From the NCBI GenBank assembly GCA_002104905.1, contig MCFE01000188.1, forward strand, positions 73,537 through 137,536: a DNA stretch of 64,000 nucleotides, read 5' to 3'. The position numbers and the translations under genes were made by a program. Shown one piece after another: positions 58,514 to 64,000 of the stretch. The notes beneath the pieces were generated by a model. It made no database searches, was not told where the DNA came from, and saw only the letters and a program-made list of their open reading frames with translations. Origin of the DNA: Basidiobolus meristosporus CBS 931.73. Lineage: Eukaryota; Fungi; Basidiobolomycota. Positions within the stretch are counted from its first letter, which is position 1. Each line of letters begins with the position of its first letter.

Positions 58514-61500
58514 CTAGTTCTTGACAATTAGTGGATGGGTAGCTGGTTCCCATGTTTGGTCACTTGGATCATAACCAATCCAGTCTACTAAGTAGTACAG
58601 CTTTGACCGGATATACTTGGAGTCTAGAATCTGTTTAACTTCAAATTCTTGATGTTGGTCAACCTGGATAGCTTGGGGCTTTGCTTCTTGCCGGTTTGGC
58701 AATGTGTTCCTACAATACGGCTCCAGGAGGGACACATGGAAAGTATCATGAATTTTCATACTTGCTGGTAACTGTAGCTGATATACTATAGGGCTAAGCT
58801 TCTTCTTGATCTTGAAGGGACCAAGTTTCTTGAAATCCAACTTGTCACAAGGGCGGTTGGTGCTGATGTTTCTTCTGAGCAACCATACAGAATTTCCTTC
58901 ATTAAGATCTGGGCTGGGATGCCGTTTTAGATTGGCAAATATCTTGTAGCTTTCCTGAGCTAAGGATAGCTCTTCCTTGAGGGTGTTCTGGATGTCCTGG
59001 ATTGCTTGGGCATGTTCAGCCGCATGTGGGCTCATTGGGTTTGTTGGAATCTGGATATCAAACTGAGGGTGGAATCCATAGTTTGCATAGAATGGTGTAA
59101 AACCGGTTGCACTATGGCTTGAGTTGTTGTAGGCAAACTCAGCAACAGGGAGTAGATCAACCCAATTGTCTTGCTGGTAATTGATATAGCACCGGAGGTA
59201 TTGCTCTAGAATCTGGTTGATTCTTTCAGTCTGGCCATCGGACTGTGGATGGAAGGCAGTAGAGAGCTTGACTTGAACACCAAGGTATTGCATGAAGTGT
59301 TTCCAAAACTTGGACACAAACTGTGGGCCTCTATCTGACACAATATCACTGGGGATACCATGAAGGCGGAAAAAATTCTTCAGGACTAAAGCAGCTGTTT
59401 CATTTGCATCAGTGTTCTTACAGCAAGGGATAAAGTGAGCCATCTTGGTCAGCCGGTCAGCCACTACAAGTATAGCATTGAAGCCACATGACTCAGGGAG
59501 GTCAGTAATGAAGTCCATAGATATAGATCTCCATTGGTGTTCTGGGATAGGCAGGGGCTGAAGAAGTCCATAAGGCTGATGTCTGGCTGGTTTTGCACGG
59601 TTGCAAATATCACAAGTCAGAATGTATTCTTTGATAAGAGTTATCATTCTAGGCCACCAGAAATCTCTTTTGATAGCATTCAAGGTTTTGGCAGTACCAA
59701 AGTGGCCTGCAACCGTTGAATCATGCCGAGACTTAATGATGTCTAGTTGGGTGGCAAGATCTGGGACATAAAGCTGCTGCTTGTGGTAGATGAGGTTGTT
59801 TACCAAATGCAGGTTCTGGATGTTTGGGAACTTGGGAGGGGGCCCAACTGGGGATTCCAGATATTTCTTGACGGTGCTGGAAGTCATATCAGAGGCTTGG
59901 GATTCTGATATCCTTACTAGGAATGAAGGGATGACAAGACTTGAGGACTGGGTGGCAAGAATCTCAAAATGTTTCTTGCTCAGCAATGGGTGATCCATTT
60001 GCCAACAGGCATCATCTCCCTCTTCCAGGGCATATTCCTTTTTTCTGGACAGGGCATCAGGCTTTCCTTGCTTTGCACCAGGTTTATAGGTGATAGTAAA
60101 GTCAAAGCTGGACAGGAAGAGTGACCATCGGGCTTGTCTCCGGTTTAGTACTTTGGAAGTTGCAAAGTACTCAAGGTTCTTATGGTCACAAAAGACTTTG
60201 ATTTTGTGTTTTGCACCATCCAGGTAGTGTCTCCATTGCTCAAAGGCTACAATGATGGCAAGCAACTCCTTATCATAGATATCATAGTTGATCTCTGCAG
60301 GGGAAAACTTCTGAGAGTAGAATGCAATGGGGTGCAACACATTGTCCTCATCATATTGGGAGAGTATGGCACCAAGGGCAAAATCAGAAGCATCGGTCTC
60401 CACTATGAATTGCTTCTCAAGGTCAGGGTGGGCAAGCAGGGGGGCCTTCAGGAAAGATTTCTTGAGTTGGTTGAATGAGCTGGATTGCTCCTCATTCCAG
60501 GCAAAAGGTGTGTTCTTCTGGGTAAGCTTTGTCAGAGGGGTGACTATCTTGGAGTAGTTGGCTATGAACCTGCGATAGAAGTTGGCAAATCCCAGGAAGG
60601 ATTGTACTTCCTTGACTGAGCTTGGAGTTTTCCAGGACTGGACTGAGTCAACTTTCTTTGGGTCCATTCTTGTTCCCTCAGGGCTGATGAGGTAACCAAG
60701 AAATTCCACTTCTCTCTGGTCAAATTCACACTTCTCTAACTTGGCATAGAGACCGGCAGAGTCTAGTTTTCTCAATACTTTCTTGACATGTTCATCATGT
60801 TCATCTTGGCTCCTGGAGTATATGAGAATATCATCAAGGTAGATTACCACAAACTGGTCAAGGTATTCACGGAATATGTCGTTCATGAGTTGTTGAAACA
60901 CAGCAGGGGCATTGGTGAGGCCAAATGGCATTACTTTGTACTCAAAGTGACCATATCTTGTGCGAAAGGCAGTTTTCCATTCATCACCAGGCTTGATTCT
61001 GACAAGATTGTAAGCTCCTCTCAAGTCTATCTTGGTGAAGACTTGGGCAGCAGATAGCTGATCCAACAGTGTGTTGATCAGGGGCAGGGGGTAGCAGTTC
61101 TTGACTGTGATCTTATTCAAAGCACGGTAGTCCACACACATTCTGAGGGTGCCATCCTTCTTCTTGACAAAGAGGATTGGGGCTCCAGCAGGTGATTTGG
61201 AGTGCTGAATAAAACCCTTCTGGAGGTTTTCTTGAATATAACCTTGGAGTTCTTTCAACTCCGGCTGGGAGAGGTTATATATTGGGCCAAATGGAGGGAC
61301 TTTTCCATCTTCAAGGTCAATAGGGCAGTCATAAGGCCGATGGTCAGGGAGGAGTTCTGCTTTCTTCTTGTCAAAGACATGGGCAAACTCTTGGTACTTG
61401 GCTGGTATAGTTGCTGAGGGGGCTCCTTCAGCTGGCAAGGTATCTTGGGCTGTTGAACTGTTGGCAACTGTCTTTTCACGGTTATCAGGGTCTGGAGATT

Positions 61501-61984
61501 TCATGGAGTTGACTTGGTGGGATCTGGTAAATGACAGGATCTTGGATTTCCAATCAATACTTGGATTGTGGTAGCTCAACCATGAGCTTCCAAGCACAAT
61601 AGGATAGTGTGGTGAGTTGATGATGTTGAAGGCAATTCTTTCTTGGTGAGCAGTACTGGACAGCTGGAGTAAGCATGTTTCATGGGTAACGGCACCAGAG
61701 GAGAGTGATCTTCCATCAATAACTTCTACTGGGACTGGACAGGATTTCAAGGTAATAGGAATAGAGTGCTTCTGGACAAAGGCTTGGTCAATGAAACAGG
61801 ATGAAGCACCGGAATCAATCAGGGCTAGGGCTGGGACAGGACTGGAGTCAGGGATCTGGATTTTGACAGGCATTCTCAAGGACTGGATAGATTTTGTGGC
61901 AAAGGAAGATTCTTGGATATGCTGGATTTTCATGGGTGGGTCCAGTTGCAAGCCTGTCAGTGCAACTGGACATTGGAGTTTCCC
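58514..61984 (-). CDS. pol: Pol (PR-RT-RNase H-IN-chromodomain), entered by -1 frameshift
   Basis: [70 protein letters not shown], and chromodomain [22 protein letters not shown] 1-nt deletion near 58533 truncates the chromodomain tail. Confidence 0.95.
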   Translation of the reverse strand, partial: GKLQCPVALTGLQLDPPMKIQHIQESSFATKSIQSLRMPVKIQIPDSSPVPALALIDSGASSCFIDQAFVQKHSIPITLKSCPVPVEVIDGRSLSSGAVTHETCLLQLSSTAHQERIAFNIINSPHYPIVLGSSWLSYHNPSIDWKSKILSFTRSHQVNSMKSPDPDNREKTVANSSTAQDTLPAEGAPSATIPAKYQEFAHVFDKKKAELLPDHRPYDCPIDLEDGKVPPFGPIYNLSQPELKELQGYIQENLQKGFIQHSKSPAGAPILFVKKKDGTLRMCVDYRALNKITVKNCYPLPLINTLLDQLSAAQVFTKIDLRGAYNLVRIKPGDEWKTAFRTRYGHFEYKVMPFGLTNAPAVFQQLMNDIFREYLDQFVVIYLDDILIYSRSQDEHDEHVKKVLRKLDSAGLYAKLEKCEFDQREVEFLGYLISPEGTRMDPKKVDSVQSWKTPSSVKEVQSFLGFANFYRRFIANYSKIVTPLTKLTQKNTPFAWNEEQSSSFNQLKKSFLKAPLLAHPDLEKQFIVETDASDFALGAILSQYDEDNVLHPIAFYSQKFSPAEINYDIYDKELLAIIVAFEQWRHYLDGAKHKIKVFCDHKNLEYFATSKVLNRRQARWSLFLSSFDFTITYKPGAKQGKPDALSRKKEYALEEGDDACWQMDHPLLSKKHFEILATQSSSLVIPSFLVRISESQASDMTSSTVKKYLESPVGPPPKFPNIQNLHLVNNLIYHKQQLYVPDLATQLDIIKSRHDSTVAGHFGTAKTLNAIKRDFWWPRMITLIKEYILTCDICNRAKPARHQPYGLLQPLPIPEHQWRSISMDFITDLPESCGFNAILVVADRLTKMAHFIPCCKNTDANETAALVLKNFFRLHGIPSDIVSDRGPQFVSKFWKHFMQYLGVQVKLSTAFHPQSDGQTERINQILEQYLRCYINYQQDNWVDLLPVAEFAYNNSSHSATGFTPFYANYGFHPQFDIQIPTNPMSPHAAEHAQAIQDIQNTLKEELSLAQESYKIFANLKRHPSPDLNEGNSVWLLRRNISTNRPCDKLDFKKLGPFKIKKKLSPIVYQLQLPASMKIHDTFHVSLLEPYCRNTLPNRQEAKPQAIQVDQHQEFEVKQILDSKYIRSKLYYLVDWIGYDPSDQTWEPATHPLIVKN
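61940..61984 (-). promoter_or_regulatory. -1 programmed ribosomal frameshift signal
   Basis: G GGA AAC (61984-61978), 6-nt spacer, then an 11-bp perfect stem GTCCAGTTGCA/TGCAACTGGAC with a 10-nt loop. pol is in the -1 frame relative to gag. Confidence 0.85.
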
Positions 61985-62888
61985 GACAGATCTGGATCAG
62001 GTTGGTTGCTGGAGGACTGCATCAGCTTGAAGCTGGACTTCTTGTTGGGGCAGGACTTGGCAAAGTGACCTGGTTGGCCACAGTATAGACAGAGATTGGC
62101 TTGTTGACGTCTGGACTTTTCACTCTTTGATAGTTTCTTGTATTTGGCACTATCAATCTGCATAGGATCTTCTGGAGTGACTTGGGGAGCAGGAGGAGCT
62201 GGGAATGCATCAGGAATGTGTCTTTGACGGTTCTTTTGCTTCTTCTGGAATAGTCTGTTATCACACTGGATTGCTTGGTGCATAGCTTCAACCAATGTAT
62301 CCGGATCTGGGAGTGTGAGTAGCAGATCACAAACTTCATCATTGAGGCCATCTTGAAATTGGCTAATCAAGGCTGCTTGACCCCAGGAGCTGAGGTCACT
62401 GGAGAGTTGTCGGAATTCTGAGGCATAGACTGATGCTGGCTTGTTCCCTTGCTTGAGGGTCTTGATCTTGTTGGCAGCAGTTCTGGCTTGGTCAAGGTTA
62501 CCAAATGTTAGCTCCATTTCAGTGAGAAAGGCTTGGTAGTCTCTGAGTAGGGGAGAGTTGGTCTCCACTAATGGGGAGAACCACTTGAGAGCTGTACCAG
62601 TAAGCAGGTTGGAGATGAACCAACTTTGGCCTGGTCAGTGGGGTACCGGTTGGGCTGGAGTGCAAGATTGTTCTTCACCATGTTGATGAAGCCACGGAAT
62701 TCATTCTGAGAGCCATTGAACTTGGTAGCAGGAGTATACTTGGGTTCTTGGTAGACTGGGACATGGCTAGTTTGCTGGACACTTTGGTTCTGGAACTGAG
62801 CAAGAGTGTTTCTGAGGTCTGCATGGTCTTGCTGCAGTTGGGTAAAGGCAGCCATGAGCTGGGCAAAGTTCAGCTCTAGGTTGGACAT
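61957..62888 (-). pseudogene. gag: Chromovirus gag with a 1-nt deletion at ~62618
   Basis: MSNLEL..KFNGSQNEFRGF..AKVG[F]ISNLLTGTALKWF..FQDGLN..PMQID..CLYCGQPGHFAKSC. Adding one T restores a single ORF. Confidence 0.9.
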
Positions 62889-63281
62889 GGTAGCAGAGGA
62901 AGGCGGATGAACTTGCAAGGAATACTGGAATATACTAAACTAGATTGTGGGTTTGTAAAGCCACTAGTATGTCAAGAATACAACTATTGAGCCACAATCC
63001 CCAACTTAAATAAGTTAGCGTCACTTCAGAAGGTACTGGTTTCAACGTCCTTTGATAGAGTATTGTACTAAAGCTTCCAATACTGTAACAACTGTAAACT
63101 CCACCAGCAGGGTAATAAAGTGAATGCAGCTTTGACCAATAGTTTTACAAAGATAAAGTATCTTTGCCTTTATAGGACAAGACTAGGGAAAGATGATGGG
63201 TGATACTTACGGTGAGTATTCCTTTTACAAGTTTTCTTCAAACTTTGGGCAGAAGGCAGGGATCCACAGGTAAGTCAGGAG

Positions 63282-63292
63282 AGTCTGATAAA
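63282..63292 (-). other. Self-priming-type PBS TTTATCAGACT
   Basis: Lies 2 nt after the 5' LTR and is exactly complementary to LTR positions 63420-63410 (AGTCTGATAAA). Confidence 0.8.
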
Positions 63293-63446
63293 ACTGTTAT
63301 GAATAGACACAAGGCAGGAGGAAAAGCTAGGCACGGCAGGAAAGGACTTAGGTGTGGACCATCAAGGCAAGGCAGGATTCAAGGCAAGGCTGTTTATTCA
63401 AGACCTGTGTTTATCAGACTGAGGAATACTTAAGGGGGGATAGGAC

Positions 63447-63454
63447 TATATATA
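63447..63454 (-). promoter_or_regulatory. TATA box of the chromovirus 5' LTR
   Basis: TATATATA lies 26 nt upstream of the predicted transcript start (63420) implied by the self-priming complement. Confidence 0.65.
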
Positions 63455-64000
63455 CTTTTTGGCTATACTGATGCCAAGAGATATTAGCTAATACTAATGG
63501 GGTTGTGGGGTGAGGCACAGCAATGGTGCTGGGGATAATGACATAGATGACACGGCACTGAGACAGGATGGGGAAATGGATTGGGTCACCTGATCATGTG
63601 ACTAAGTCATGTGACCTGGTATTTCCATATATGGTACTGGACTATGAAAAATACGATGGAAAGCTTCCATGGAATGTTCCATTGTGTAACAATGGTTTGG
63701 AATGGTCAGGAACTTTCTGGAAGGTGGTAGAAGGTTCCAGAAGGAATCTCTTAGAAATTGAGCTAGGAAGCTGAAACTTGGCATGGGTGTTCATGGTTGT
63801 CATGTGATCATGACAGTGAACACCCCACACACAAAACACTTGAGAAGTGTTGGACGTATCTCTCCCTTGGACCTATACACCACCACACAGGCCAGTTGAT
63901 ACTTCTATACCGGCACCTGGCCATCTTTGTCACCTTGCACAAACTGAGTCAGGTGAGTTGTGACACCTTTAGGCTCACCTCAGCCTCCTGAATATGGCAT

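Larger units (their letters stand above)
57928..63815 (-). mobile_element. Full-length Ty3/Gypsy chromovirus (Tf1/sushi/Maggy-like)
   Basis: LTRs at 63295-63815 (5') and 57928-58436 (3'), TG..CA ends, about 6 substitutions and 2 indels. TSD GTGAA (57923-57927, 63816-63820). PPT at 58437-58451. Confidence 0.98.

Noticed and set aside
1-64000. Most short ORFs in the supplied track as genes
   Set aside because: They are antisense or out-of-frame readings of TE sequence or LTRs, and many depend on TTG/GTG starts that are inappropriate for eukaryotic DNA.
1-64000. CRISPR array, tRNA/rRNA genes, env-like ORF, host gene or specific host species
   Set aside because: There is no repeat-spacer periodicity, no cloverleaf or rRNA signature, no extra ORF between pol and the 3' LTRs, and no recognisable host protein. 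TE content alone does not identify the species.

Overview
Eukaryotic, most likely fungal (inference), repeat-saturated and strongly CpG-depleted DNA. I find no host protein-coding gene, rRNA, tRNA or CRISPR array. The window is a stack of nested transposons. (1) Two Ty1/Copia families: Copia-A is full length but decayed (5120-9801). Copia-B has one young copy with an uninterrupted 1325-aa ORF but a YVDN RT motif (35711-40396), plus several truncated copies and solo LTRs. (2) A near-intact Ty3/Gypsy chromovirus on the minus strand (57928-63815) with a self-priming PBS and a clear -1 frameshift signal. (3) An older Gypsy remnant and several solo-LTR families, two of them with 4-bp TSDs. (4) A multi-copy CMC/CACTA-type DNA transposon of about 5.8 kb. 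It carries a Tnp2-like transposase and a divergently oriented ORF of roughly 680 codons that I cannot assign to any family. Its ends are CCCTA in one lineage and CACTA in another. (5) An unexplained ancient inverted pair of decayed coding sequences (29630-32310). Termini and TSDs were read by eye. Remnant boundaries and divergence counts are approximate hand estimates.
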